DNA from: Lophium mytilinum
Lineage: Eukaryota
Assembly (NCBI GenBank): GCA_010093605.1
Contig: MU004187.1
Location: 1,974,882 to 2,038,881 of the forward strand
Length of the DNA stretch: 64,000 nucleotides
Direction of reading: 5' to 3'
Position 1 is the stretch's first letter, and each line of letters begins with the position of its first letter. The notes beneath the pieces were generated by a model, which was not told the origin of the DNA, searched no databases, and worked only from the letters and a program-made list of their open reading frames with translations. The position numbers and the translations under genes are program-made. Shown here piece after piece: positions 22,410 to 33,789 of the stretch.

Positions 22410-25215
22410 CTACCCAACCCGTGTCGCTCCTCCAGAGTTGGTACGCGTGGGCCCAGTCGACGCGCCCACGCCAGAATTGCTGCGCGACACCGATGGCGAG
22501 ACGACCCCGCCAGCAGATCCAGGACGACTGTTGCTGCGCTGTCGGCCTGACCGTTGTGTCCTCGGCTGCTCTTCTTGTGCTGAATGATGCCGGCGCTGAA
22601 AGAAGCAACAACAAAACAAAGTCAGATCATCGTGCCAAGAAGCATAATAATCTAGAGAAGGGAAATTTTGAAACCTAGGGATGGGACTAAGAGTACATGG
22701 ATTCGGTCACAGAATTCCCTAGGAGGCTTCTTGAAGACTCGGAAATCAACGTACCGAATTCTGAGTTTGCCTTTCATACTCTTTCGGTCTCCTGTCTCGA
22801 GCCGACATCGCGTCGTCCTGAAGCCGCAGTGCTTCCAATCGGCGTTGACTGTCCTGGCTCAATGGATCGGATTCATCTAACCGCATTGGTGAGCTGACCT
22901 TGGAGCTTTGTCCGGTAGGTGCTGCCGGCTTTGACTCGATTCGTCCATTCTGTCTGGCTTTCGCCAACTCAGACAACTTGTCCCATCTTGACTGCCGAGC
23001 TTGTTGTCTTTGATCTGCGTTATTCTGGGATTCGGCGTAGTCATGAGAGCAGTCGTCGAAAAGTTGAGGGTTGACTTCCATAAATAGCTTCATGGCATTG
23101 TACACCATGCCGTGGATGGTCCTGATACCAGTTAGTTGAACCCACGCTAATTGGGGGAAACACTTACCGATTCCAATGGCCTTTCGAGTTTTCGTAGAGT
23201 GGCGCAAACATTATCGGCAAGATGACTTCGACGTTGTCGCTGACGAGGTTGCAGAAGTACTCGTTGTTCCAGAAGTAGAGTGCCCTCTCAGCAACCTAGT
23301 AGACATTAGCTTCTGAGTCGTTATAATATAGCGTTTACGTACCTGGAAATGTGGGCTGGCCACAGACTTTGCTAGCTGATTGAACAAAGGCTCTTGAACC
23401 TTGGCAAACTCTGCCGGGTCCATGACCTCAAAAATATCTTCCACCTCGTTCAAGAACATGACCTCCTTCGTACTATTCACCTTTGGCCAATATCGCAGAA
23501 GCCCCAAAACGACCTATTCACAAATCAATAAGGGCTTATATTCAAAATCGTCGTGAGAACATACCTCTTCAGTCAACGCCGCATCCTTTTCCAAAAACTG
23601 TACTATACAATACGCCAACTGTGGGTGATACATGCTAAGACTCTTCACTTTGTGGAGAGGCAGAAGAACTCGGGTCAAGAAGAGCTTATGCTCCTCTTTC
23701 AGTGGAAGAGCGAATCCGTTAATGATGGATCCAAGAATTTCCAGAAGCTCGGCGATGCCGTTGAAGCGCTCCGTTTCGTAGACGAATTGGAAGAAGACGT
23801 TGTTTATCGACCTACGGATGTATGACCGGAGGTTGAGGAATTTGCCATATATCCGGTGAAGGGTCGTCTTCAGGAAGTCTCGTTCTCTGGGATCTTCGGA
23901 GTCGAACAACTCAAGTAGCTACCAAAAAATTAGCGGAAGTTAATTACAAAGGTATGTGACCAGCTTACCTGTAGTACAAAGCTGTGGTCTATGTACTGCT
24001 TGGCGATATTGGTGTTGAAGTCCTGGCTCTCGATGAAACGGAGGAAGAATTCGTAGACTACTTGGATATGGGGCCAGGCCACTTCCAGAACCGGTTCATC
24101 TTCTTCGGGATCGAAAGCTTCGCCTTGGGGGTTCATCGGCGGGGGAATCGGTCGGAACAGATTCTTGCTGAACATCTCGACCACGCGTGGATACATCCGG
24201 TCTGTGATGACTTGTCGATTGTTCGCGACATAGTCAAGCAGTTCATGTAAAGCCAGCCGCTTGATCTCCTTTGACTTCATGTCACCACTCGCGTCGTTGA
24301 AGTCGAAGATGATGTTGCATTGATCGATTTTCTGCATGAAGAGCTCTTCGCGCTTGTTGGGAGGGACCTCGTGGAAACCAGGGAGCTTTTCCAGCTCGCG
24401 CTGTCTTTGATCCGATATGTCAAATCTAGACGAGTGTTGGCGCTTCGGGGTACGGATGCCTTCGGCAACATCCTTTGGCGTAGTCTGGAGGCCGGCGAAA
24501 AGCATCGACTTCTGGCCGGCTTTGGGAGGAAGAAGATCGCCAGGCATCGTCTCTGCGGCACCAGGTGGTGGAATGTGCTGAAATGACACAAAAGTTAGTT
24601 AGAAGCTTCTAGAGAACGGAGTTAAACAACAGGATTGTATACCAAAGCGAAGGGGGCAGTGGAGCCAGCTTCGGGGTTCGACGTCCTAGGATTGACGTTA
24701 CTTACCGGTGCGCTTGGACTTATCACGACGCTTGGAGCAAGCGATTGATTCGGCCTGTGAGGTGTGCCAGGGCCTGTAGCACCAGGACTGCTCGCACCAC
24801 CCAGCCCCATCGTAGGCGGCTGTTGTCCAGTCAAGAATTGCGGTCCGGCAGACAGCGCACTCGGCACGCTCGACGGCGCAGCTCCTGCGGTTGCGTTGAC
24901 GCCCCCAGCACCGTCGCCGGCGGGCAGAGGTTTATTGCGGGTGTCTATCAGTTGGGTAGTGGACGAGGTCGGCGTAGCGTGGGCTGAGCCGGAGGGCGAG
25001 TGTGTGCCCGAGTTGGCATGCGACGGTGAAGAGGTGCCGGAGCTGGTTTCTTTCTTTTTGGATGATTTGTCCTTGTTAGCCCGTGAGAGCTGCTCATGCT
25101 AGGTATGTTAGCTTCTAGTCGATGACGGGGGCGGCAGTCGGGTGGATGTAGGAGAGGGGTGCAGGGGCGGGGGAAGAGGTGAGCTGCTTACAACTCTCTG
25201 CCTGAAGCCCTTCAT
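22410..25215 (-). CDS. RTS1: PP2A regulatory subunit B' (B56/Rts1/ParA)
   Basis: MKGFRQRV exon 1; [79 protein letters not shown]. The 3' end is ambiguous: stop at 22746 if the last intron is retained, 22410 if spliced. Confidence 0.95.
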
Positions 25216-26025
25216 GACGGCGGCCTGCGCAAGGGCTCTGTAGATGGCGCGAAATAGTCCAGTGACGCGGCGGGGAAAGCGACACGGCGTGGACGGGCTG
25301 CCCCCTCAAGGGACTCCGCAGCAACAGCCAGGCGAACGCAGCGAGACAATCCAAGAGGCACCGGAAGCGAGCACGGTGGATGACAGCGGGGAGCGGGAGC
25401 GGGCAATTCAGAGAGACATGGAGGGAGATTGGGCAGGATTGGGCAGGGTGAGCGGTGGTGGTGGTCGGCGGTCGTAGTTGTTTTGGAGCTTAGAGCAACG
25501 GGTGCTGCGATACGGTGTGCGGGCGGGGAGGCAGCACAGCAGCAGGAGAAGACGCCGGGACGGGCGGCGCGAGGGTGGGATGAATGATGCTATGTCGAGG
25601 GCTGGGAGCGACGAGGTCGAGGGAGGAGATAATGCTGCGAGGCAGAACAAGCAGCTGGAGGGGTGCAGTGCTGAGGAGTCCACCAAGACGACGCAAAACG
25701 GGGCTACGCTGCTTCGGGCGAGGCACGGGCTGCGATTGGGAGAAGCTGTGGTGGAGTGCTGAGAGGACAGCGATACCTACCTTCGTAGCTATAAATCAAG
25801 GAAGACATTCACCATTCACTCTGCCAGGTCCAGCATCTACTATACAGTACGTGGCCTGCGAGTCGAGGCCGAGTAGAGGCCCGCTGAAGACGCCGCTCTG
25901 CGCTGCTTGCCGAACCATTCATCCCTCCCACGACTCCCAACGCTCACGTGCTCAATCCCTGCTGCTGTATTGCCTGCCCTTTCATCAACTTCGATATCCC
26001 GACTAGGCAATTCAGCCCAGCAGAG

Positions 26026-28166
26026 ATGCCGCATGCACACGACCTAGATGCTGCAATGGCCAGCCCTGCGCCGCCCGCCGCTCCAGCAGCCACAGCGAGA
26101 CGACCTGCGCCATATCTTCCCGTGCCCGACCAGTCCGTTGTATTGGTGGAGCATCCCTGCATTATCAAGAACATCGACAAAGGCATCGCGTCGCTGGGAG
26201 GAGAAGTGAGGCTTGGCCAGGTGAGCGCTGCACCATTACTGCACGGGGGCTTGGTAGTAACGGCTGCCACAGTTCTTGGACTCCCAGAGCGACACCAAGA
26301 TAATCGCCGTCTCGCTCCGCCCCGATGACCGTCTAGCCAAACCCATTCCATCAGTTTCTGCTAAGACGGACAATCTGCTGCTCAAAGTCACCGTGCCCAA
26401 GTTGACCGGGCGTAAGAGGAAGAGAAAATCGTCCGGCCCTTTTCTCCCACCATCTGAGCATGAAGTCAATCAGATGCCCCAGTCCCAACTTGTTGGAGCC
26501 AAGAGAGTGTGTCGTAGTCTGGAGGTCAACGCGTCCAAGTACAGAGTGGACGTAGTGGGCCACATGAATGAGGTCCACCGCTTCAGGAGTTAGCTCCCAT
26601 TCTATATCTCTCAGTCTACTGGCCACAAGAACCATCTGACAAAGGCAGGCCTACCCGACTTCCAATATGCTGCCTCACGAAACCACCTGATGCAAAAACT
26701 ACGGGATTTCTTCCTCCCCGTCGACCGTAAGCTTGTCTTTTTCTATTATTCGACTTGTTCGCTGATGCCGTCCCAGCGGCCAAGCTCCGAGGAGCCACTT
26801 TCGACACTTCCAAGTTGAAGCTTTTTCCTGACATTGGCCCTCCCGCACGTTTCAGCCAGACGGGCATACCCTTCAACTACGCGTGAGTCTCCCCGCCCTA
26901 TTTAGCACGCCATGCTCACCCGCTCTCTCTAGGTATGAGCAGAATCGCTACATAACGTATGCAAAAGATGCCACAGGCTCTGGGGACGTTCAGGTTGTTG
27001 CTCCACAGCGACGAATACCGGTCAACAACCTGATCATCCCTACTGACTCGGACAGTGTGCCCTTTGAGACAACGCTGCCGAGCATACCCGAAGATGAGCT
27101 GCCTGAAGACCATCAAGAATTCATCACATTGGTTCGGGAGCAATTTAACAAGCGGCCAATAATAAGCCGACATGTCCTATACAACACTCTTGGCTGGGGT
27201 AATAGAGACAAGATCCGACTTGCGGTCTCATACTGCGCCTACCGCTTTAAATCTGGTCCGTGGAAAGATGCTGTTATCAAACTGGGGGTAGATCCACGAA
27301 CAGACCCACAATATCGCTTCTACCAAACGATTATGTTCCAGCCATTCCGAAACGAAGAGTATAAGCACTGGAAATATCTTACCAGTGAAACGTCACCCGA
27401 GGCATTGCAAAGAATATCCCGAGGACATATCTTCGATGGCAAGAACATTGTCCAAACCGGTCATGTATTCCAAGTCTGTGACTTCACGGATCCACTCTTA
27501 CGTCGACTTCTCGATACTAAAAATATTAGAACTACATGCAGCGTAAGACAATCAGTTTCTTCATGTTATTCAACCCATATATACATGTCCTAATCGCTCA
27601 CATAGACTCACAATCATGGCTGGTATCATGCTGGAACATGGGCCAAAGCACGGATCATATCGAGAGAAAAGGGAAATATCATCCTTGATGGAGACACGGT
27701 GGACGACCAATTGTTCGAACGTATTCTAGAATTTCCAGAGCATATCACGACTGCAATTGTTCATGAGCTGAGAGAAAGAGAAAAAGAGGAAGGGAGAGCT
27801 ATTTCCAGACGAGAGCTAAAGTTGATAATGTCAGTGCGCGACCTCGCCTATGTGCCAGATCGTATGGAACACATCATCAGGCCTAAGCCCTCGACTGAGG
27901 AAGATGAAATTACAACGAGAAATATTGGCGCTCTCGACGGCTCGCTAGAAGACACCGAGCTTTCAAGTGCCGAGGACGTTGTTGATAGCGAAAACGGCGA
28001 GGGTACCGAGATCGATGAATACGATGAGTATGACGAGGCTGAGAGTTCTCAGACAGAATCCTCGGAGGCAATTAGTAGTGGATCTTCAGAGGGAGACTCG
28101 GGAAGCTCAGAAGATATCACGGATGAGGAGGGGAGTGAGAGTGATGATGAGGCTTCGGATGCGTAG
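26026..28166 (+). CDS. TFC1: RNA polymerase III transcription factor IIIC subunit Tau95 (Tfc1/GTF3C5)
   Basis: VEHPCIIKNIDKGIASLGG, LLLKVTVPK, spliced HRFRSLPDFQY, PFNYAYEQN, FNKRPI, YRFKSGPWKDAVIKLGVDPR, GWYH, acidic tail. About five introns. Confidence 0.88.
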
Positions 28167-28584
28167 TGTAGTGGTATCACTACACCTATTGCAATGTCAA
28201 AACCTTTTGAATTCTATAATAATACCCTGCAATAAGTGATGTCTTCTGTCTCCCTAGGTACGGCACAGTCCTCATGTATGGAATGCACCGCCACTGAATG
28301 GCTTGTCTCGCGCCACACTTTCAAATTCTGCCCCTCGCGGAAGAAAATCCGATAATTTCACCCCGCAATCTTCAACACCTCATTGCCTTATAACAACCTT
28401 GAATGGCCACATCTGAGCTACCAGGTTGTGCATCTATACGATCCATCATTGATGCTTCAAGATTGTCCTCGAACAAGCTCTTGTCATTGACTTGAGCCGA
28501 TACTTCCGTACCATTCCGTCCATCTCCCTCCCAGTACTACTTACATAGTATCGCGCCTACAGAAGGCACAACGCAAAAGAGAAC

Positions 28585-31500
28585 ATGGCGACATCCCAGG
28601 GACCTTATCTTCTCATACCGGGTTCTGCGGCCTTCTCCGACTTTAGACTGACCCGACTTGCCCAAGCTATAGGAGCTGTCGAGGTTAGAGCCGTATGGGT
28701 GCATTTCGTCAATCCCAACATAGACCTCGATGACCAGGAGCTTAGTACACTGGAACAATTGCTACAATATGGGGATTCTCCAAGCGCTCAAGATAAGCTG
28801 TACCAAATATTGCTCGATGCAGTAGCCCGGAGCGGCGACCCACGGGATCCCAATACCGCACTATTCTACGTCTGTCCGCGCGCAGGAACAATCTCGCCAT
28901 GGAGCTCACAGGCTACCAGCATAGCGCATGTCTGCACTCTGGAGGGCAGTGTCAAGCGCATCGAGCGTGGCATGGCTATTGCAGCGACCTTTGCGGAACC
29001 GTTGGAGGCCGATTCCATTCCCAAACCCGACTCCCTCCACGACCGCATGACACAAACAATTAGCCGCTCTCCACCAGACCTAAACCTTATATTTGCTGAG
29101 CATGAGCCTGCACCTGCAAAACGAATAGACTTGGAGGAAACTGGGAGCACGCCGCAGGAGGTGTTACAAAAGGCTAATCGCGACCTGGGTCTTGCTCTTG
29201 ATGCGTCAGAGATCGAGTACTTGGTAGAAGCCTATACCCATCAGCTCAAGAGAGGTCCGGTAGACGTGGAGCTGTTCATGTTTGCTCAGGTCAATTCAGA
29301 GCACTGCAGGCACAAACAGTTCAACGCGGAATGGACGATTGATGGAATAAGAAAGCCGCGTAGCCTCTTCGGAATGATAAGAAATACCCACCAGAAGCAT
29401 CCAAAGCATGTTGTCAGTGCCTACAGTGACAACGCCGCTGTACTTCAGGGAGAACATGCCAGTCTTTGGGCCCCGAGCCATCTGACCGGAGAATGGACCC
29501 AAACACGGGAAACCGTTCACATCTTGGCCAAGGTTGAGACTCATAATCATCCCACCGCCGTGTCGCCATTCCCTGGTGCCGCAACGGGCTCCGGTGGCGA
29601 GATCAGAGATGAAGGTGCTGTTGGACGAGGATCTAAGCCCAAGGCCGGTCTTTCGGGCTTCAGTGTTTCGGACTTGCTCATTCCCGGGTTTGAACAGCCT
29701 TGGGAGTTGACAGATGTAGGAAAGCCATCACATATCGCAAGCAGTTTGGACATTATGCTTGAAGCGCCCATTGGCAGTGCCGCTTTCAACAACGAGTTCG
29801 GACGGCCTTGCACCACTGGGTATTTCCGCACTCTTCTTACCAAGGTTTCAACCAACGAGAAGGAAACCGAAATTCGAGGCTATCACAAACCAATCATGAT
29901 AGCCGGCGGTGTAGGGACAGTGCGTCCTCAGCATGCAATCAAAGAAAAAAACGTAGTCAAGGAGAAATCTCACCTCATTGTAATTGGTGGCCCAGCAATG
30001 CTAATTGGTCTTGGTGGAGGTGCTGCATCCAGTATTCAATCAGGGGAAGGATCTGTGGATCTTGACTTTGCCAGTGTGCAGCGAGGGAACGCAGAAGTTC
30101 AAAGACGAGCCCAAGAAGTCATCAACACTTGCACTTCAATGGGGACTCAGAATCCGATTTTGTTCATTCATGACGTAGGCGCTGGTGGTCTCTCAAACGC
30201 ATTGCCCGAGCTTGCTCACGACTCTGGTTTTGGGGCAACGTTTGAGCTAAGAGAAGTCGACAACGCGGACAAGAGTATGAGTCCTTTGCAAATATGGTGC
30301 TGCGAAGCTCAAGAGCGGTACGTTATGGCCGTCGCACCGGACACTCTAGACCTATTCAAACGTATCTGCAAGAGGGAGCGCTGTGGATACTCTGTTGTCG
30401 GAACAGCTGAAGGAGGCGCTTCAGAAAGCGAGCAGCGCCTGGTGCTCATGGACCGGGACTCCAAGGATGTTCCGAAACCCATCGATTTGCCTATGTCCAC
30501 GCTGTTCGGAAAGCCCCCAAAGATGACAAGAATCGTTGACTCTAGGAAATTACGACTACCTGTATTCAACAGCAGTCTCTCCGTCTACCTACCAAACGTA
30601 TTCAAGGACGGGCTGCTCAAGGAGGCCGTTGACAGAGTGCTGGCTCTCCCGTCCGTTGGTTCAAAGTCATTCCTCATCACTATTGGTGACAGAACCGTTG
30701 GCGGCTTGACAGTTCGAGATCAGATGGTTGGACCATGGCAAGTTCCGGTCGCAGATGCCTCTGTCACCGCGACATCTCTGCTCCCAGGAGTGAAGACTGG
30801 TGAAGTCATGGCCATGGGCGAGAAGCCTAGCTTGGCGCTTATATCTCCGGCAGCATCAGCACGCATGGCCGTAGCGGAGTCCTTACTCAACATTGCAGCT
30901 GCAAGCATTTCGGACAGGCTGTCTCGCGTTCGGCTTTCAGCAAACTGGATGGCTGCGAGCAGTCACCCTGGCGAAGGAGCAGCTTTATATGAAGCTGTCG
31001 AAGCTATCGGAATGGACCTCTGTCCTCGGCTTGGTATCAGCATCCCGGTCGGGAAGGACTCGATGTCAATGAAGATGAAGTGGAACGATAGTAAATCCAA
31101 GGAACCAAGAGAAGTAACAGCACCGATGTCTCTCGTCATCTCTGCTTTTGCGCCGGTAGAAAGAACCGATCGTACATGGACTCCTGCTCTAGAGCGACGA
31201 GAAGACGTAGGAGAAACTGTCTTGCTGTTCGTCGACCTAGCTGGGGCGAAGAAGGCTATGGGCGGTTCATCACTTGCACAAGTCTTTGGCCAGGTTGGAG
31301 ACGAAGCACCCGACGTCCGAGAGGTTGATGTTCTGAAAGACTTCTACGATGCCATCGAAGATCTACATGAGTCTGGCATCGTGCTCGCATACCACGATAG
31401 GTCCGACGGAGGTCTCTTCACTACTTTAGTCGAGATGATGTTCGCTGGACGTTGCGGATTGGAAATTATGCTAGACAAAATTTGCCGGTCTACGGATACT

Positions 31501-32706
31501 AAGGATGTGCTGGAGACCCTCTTCAATGAGGAACTGGGGGCCGTCTTCCACGTACGCGCCAAGGACGTTACGGAGTTCAAGTCGTGCTTTGCTACATGTG
31601 GGCCACCTCCTGGGATGATTGAGAAGATCGGAAGGATTCCAGACGCCTCCAAACAAGAGATATCATTCCGACATGGTATCGATGTTGTCTTCCGTGCCTC
31701 CCGACAAGATCTTCAGCAAAGATGGGCATCGACTTCACATCAACTACAACGTCTAAGAGACAACCCCGCTTGTGCAGACACCGAGTTTAACAACATCAAG
31801 GATAGCTTGGACCCTGGTATCAGGTACAAACTGACTTATAACCCCAAGGAGAACATCCTTCCCTTCACAGCATCACTTTCATCAGCTTTCACCTCCAAGC
31901 CTCGCGTAGCCATCCTCCGAGAAGAGGGAGTCAACGGCCAATCCGAAATGGCCTTCGCCTTCAACGTCGCCGGCTTCTCCGCCGTCGACGTCCACATGAC
32001 CGACATCCTCACCGAGCGCGTCTCACTCGCCGGCTTCGTCGGCCTCGCAGCCTGCGGCGGCTTCTCCTACGGCGACGTCCTCGGCGCCGGCCAAGGCTGG
32101 GCCAAGAGCGTGCTGCTCCACCCCAAAGCGCGGAAAGAATTCCAGGACTTCTTCGAGCGCAAAGACACCTTCACGCTGGGCGTCTGCAACGGCTGCCAGT
32201 TCCTCTCCAAGCTCAAGGAGCTCATCCCTGGCGCGGAGAACTGGCCCTCGTTTGAGCGCAATGCGAGCGAGCAGTACGAAGCGCGGGTGTGCATGGTCGA
32301 GGTCATGGACCCGCCGGGCCAGACGCCGTCAGTGTTCTTGCATGGCATGCATGGCTCGTACCTCCCGATCGTCACGGCGCATGGCGAGGGCCGCGCGACG
32401 TTCCCGCCCGCGACGGTGTCCGCGGCGACGGCTGAGACGTTGTCCGAGCAGGGCTTGGTGGCGATGAGGTATGTGGATAATTATCTTACGCCGACGGAAC
32501 GCTATCCGTTCAATCCGAATGGGAGTCCGCAGGGGATCACGGGCGTGAGGACGCCGGATGGGCGGGTTTTGGCGCTGATGCCGCATCCGGAGCGCACGAT
32601 TTTGAGGGAGGTGGCGAGCTATGTGCCGAGGGGGAAGATGGAGGAGTGGGGTGAGTTTGGGCCGTGGGTTAGGATGTTTAAGAGTGCGAGACGGTGGGTG
32701 GGTTAG
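28585..32706 (+). CDS. ADE6: Phosphoribosylformylglycinamidine synthase (PurL)
   Basis: 1373-aa intronless ORF; FAQVNSEHCRH, KVETHNHPTA, GAATGSGGEIRDE, HDVGAGG, GKDSMSM, GVCNGCQ glutaminase cysteine, MPHPER. Confidence 0.98.
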   Translation: MATSQGPYLLIPGSAAFSDFRLTRLAQAIGAVEVRAVWVHFVNPNIDLDDQELSTLEQLLQYGDSPSAQDKLYQILLDAVARSGDPRDPNTALFYVCPRAGTISPWSSQATSIAHVCTLEGSVKRIERGMAIAATFAEPLEADSIPKPDSLHDRMTQTISRSPPDLNLIFAEHEPAPAKRIDLEETGSTPQEVLQKANRDLGLALDASEIEYLVEAYTHQLKRGPVDVELFMFAQVNSEHCRHKQFNAEWTIDGIRKPRSLFGMIRNTHQKHPKHVVSAYSDNAAVLQGEHASLWAPSHLTGEWTQTRETVHILAKVETHNHPTAVSPFPGAATGSGGEIRDEGAVGRGSKPKAGLSGFSVSDLLIPGFEQPWELTDVGKPSHIASSLDIMLEAPIGSAAFNNEFGRPCTTGYFRTLLTKVSTNEKETEIRGYHKPIMIAGGVGTVRPQHAIKEKNVVKEKSHLIVIGGPAMLIGLGGGAASSIQSGEGSVDLDFASVQRGNAEVQRRAQEVINTCTSMGTQNPILFIHDVGAGGLSNALPELAHDSGFGATFELREVDNADKSMSPLQIWCCEAQERYVMAVAPDTLDLFKRICKRERCGYSVVGTAEGGASESEQRLVLMDRDSKDVPKPIDLPMSTLFGKPPKMTRIVDSRKLRLPVFNSSLSVYLPNVFKDGLLKEAVDRVLALPSVGSKSFLITIGDRTVGGLTVRDQMVGPWQVPVADASVTATSLLPGVKTGEVMAMGEKPSLALISPAASARMAVAESLLNIAAASISDRLSRVRLSANWMAASSHPGEGAALYEAVEAIGMDLCPRLGISIPVGKDSMSMKMKWNDSKSKEPREVTAPMSLVISAFAPVERTDRTWTPALERREDVGETVLLFVDLAGAKKAMGGSSLAQVFGQVGDEAPDVREVDVLKDFYDAIEDLHESGIVLAYHDRSDGGLFTTLVEMMFAGRCGLEIMLDKICRSTDTKDVLETLFNEELGAVFHVRAKDVTEFKSCFATCGPPPGMIEKIGRIPDASKQEISFRHGIDVVFRASRQDLQQRWASTSHQLQRLRDNPACADTEFNNIKDSLDPGIRYKLTYNPKENILPFTASLSSAFTSKPRVAILREEGVNGQSEMAFAFNVAGFSAVDVHMTDILTERVSLAGFVGLAACGGFSYGDVLGAGQGWAKSVLLHPKARKEFQDFFERKDTFTLGVCNGCQFLSKLKELIPGAENWPSFERNASEQYEARVCMVEVMDPPGQTPSVFLHGMHGSYLPIVTAHGEGRATFPPATVSAATAETLSEQGLVAMRYVDNYLTPTERYPFNPNGSPQGITGVRTPDGRVLALMPHPERTILREVASYVPRGKMEEWGEFGPWVRMFKSARRWVG

Positions 32707-33248
32707 TTTGGGGTGCCAGTGCTTAGTTCGATCTTTGGGAAATGGAGTCGGCGTTGGAAAAGCTCTAGATTGGAGGGGAGGTTTGCATGCTCATGGAAAA
32801 GAGTTTATAGAGTATCTATCACTTTTCCTGCCGTTGCTCATTATAGAGTTACGTGAAATTGATTTCCTGGTGAGATAGTTTTCCCTACATAAACGTGATC
32901 TCCGCTAGCAAAACTAGGAGCTCAGACAAGTCCTGCTTCGCGATCGCGAAATTAAAAGGCCTAATTCTAGGAAGAGCCGTGAGAGGGGTGTTTCAAAGCT
33001 AGTCAGTCCTAGACGTAGAAAGTAGGGTTATGAAGGAGACTACTCCTGTGGAAATGCGTCTTCTTTCCCTAAGAATAAGGATGGCCCGAAAGCTAGTTTC
33101 GCACAACCGCTTATTGCTGCAATGTTGGAGCAAGTCTCGATCCTAAACATCCTATAACGAAGTTCAGGTCCTGGCCCCAAGAGCCGTAGGTACGTTTGAT
33201 TGAAGTATTGGTTTCTATACTAGCGGATAGTCATCACGGAAACAGCTT

Positions 33249-33411
33249 GCGGTTATGAGTGCGGAAACCGTTGCGGAGTCGAGTTGCGGAGGCGATTTGC
33301 GGAGTGGCGGAGTGGGATGGCGGAGGTGTCAGCGGGGGGAGCTAGCGGAGGGGGTCAGCGGAGGGAAATTCGGGAGGAGGAGCGGAGGGAAATGCAAGGG
33401 GAGTGGCGGAG
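33249..33411 (+). promoter_or_regulatory. Phased array of GCGGAG/GCGGGG hexamers (SYGGRG, CreA/Cre1 consensus)
   Basis: SYGGRG hexamers at 33273, 33286, 33299, 33307, 33320, 33332, 33345, 33358, 33382 and 33406; degenerate copies at 33249, 33261, 33370 and 33394; spacing mostly 12-13 bp. Confidence 0.5.
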
Positions 33412-33789
33412 AGGACAAGAAGACACTAGCAGGGGAGATGACTTACTTACTATGAGTGATGAAGCCCGTTTGGGGTATCGCTGATCAAGTTGTTGCCTAT
33501 TCTAGGTTTTGAGTGCTCGGTCGACAAACCATGGAGATGTTTGCAAACGTGGTGTTGGGTTTAGAAATAGGGTTTAGATGCATGTAACTGAATACGAATG
33601 TACTAAATATACCTAATAGGGGCATGATTGGAAATGGAGGTGGTTGTTTTGGAGCTACGGTAGCATGCACGTTACGGACGTAAGACTAGATACAAGGCCG
33701 TATATCACATATGTAATACTCACATCGCCCATGTATAGAAGTTTATTAGCTTTAACCTGGTAGCAGATTTAGATAACCAACAACTCAAG

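Noticed and set aside
33361..33375. GGGAAATTCGG resembling RNase P RNA CR-I
   Set aside because: It lies inside the GCGGAG array and no matching CR-V/P4 partner was found downstream.
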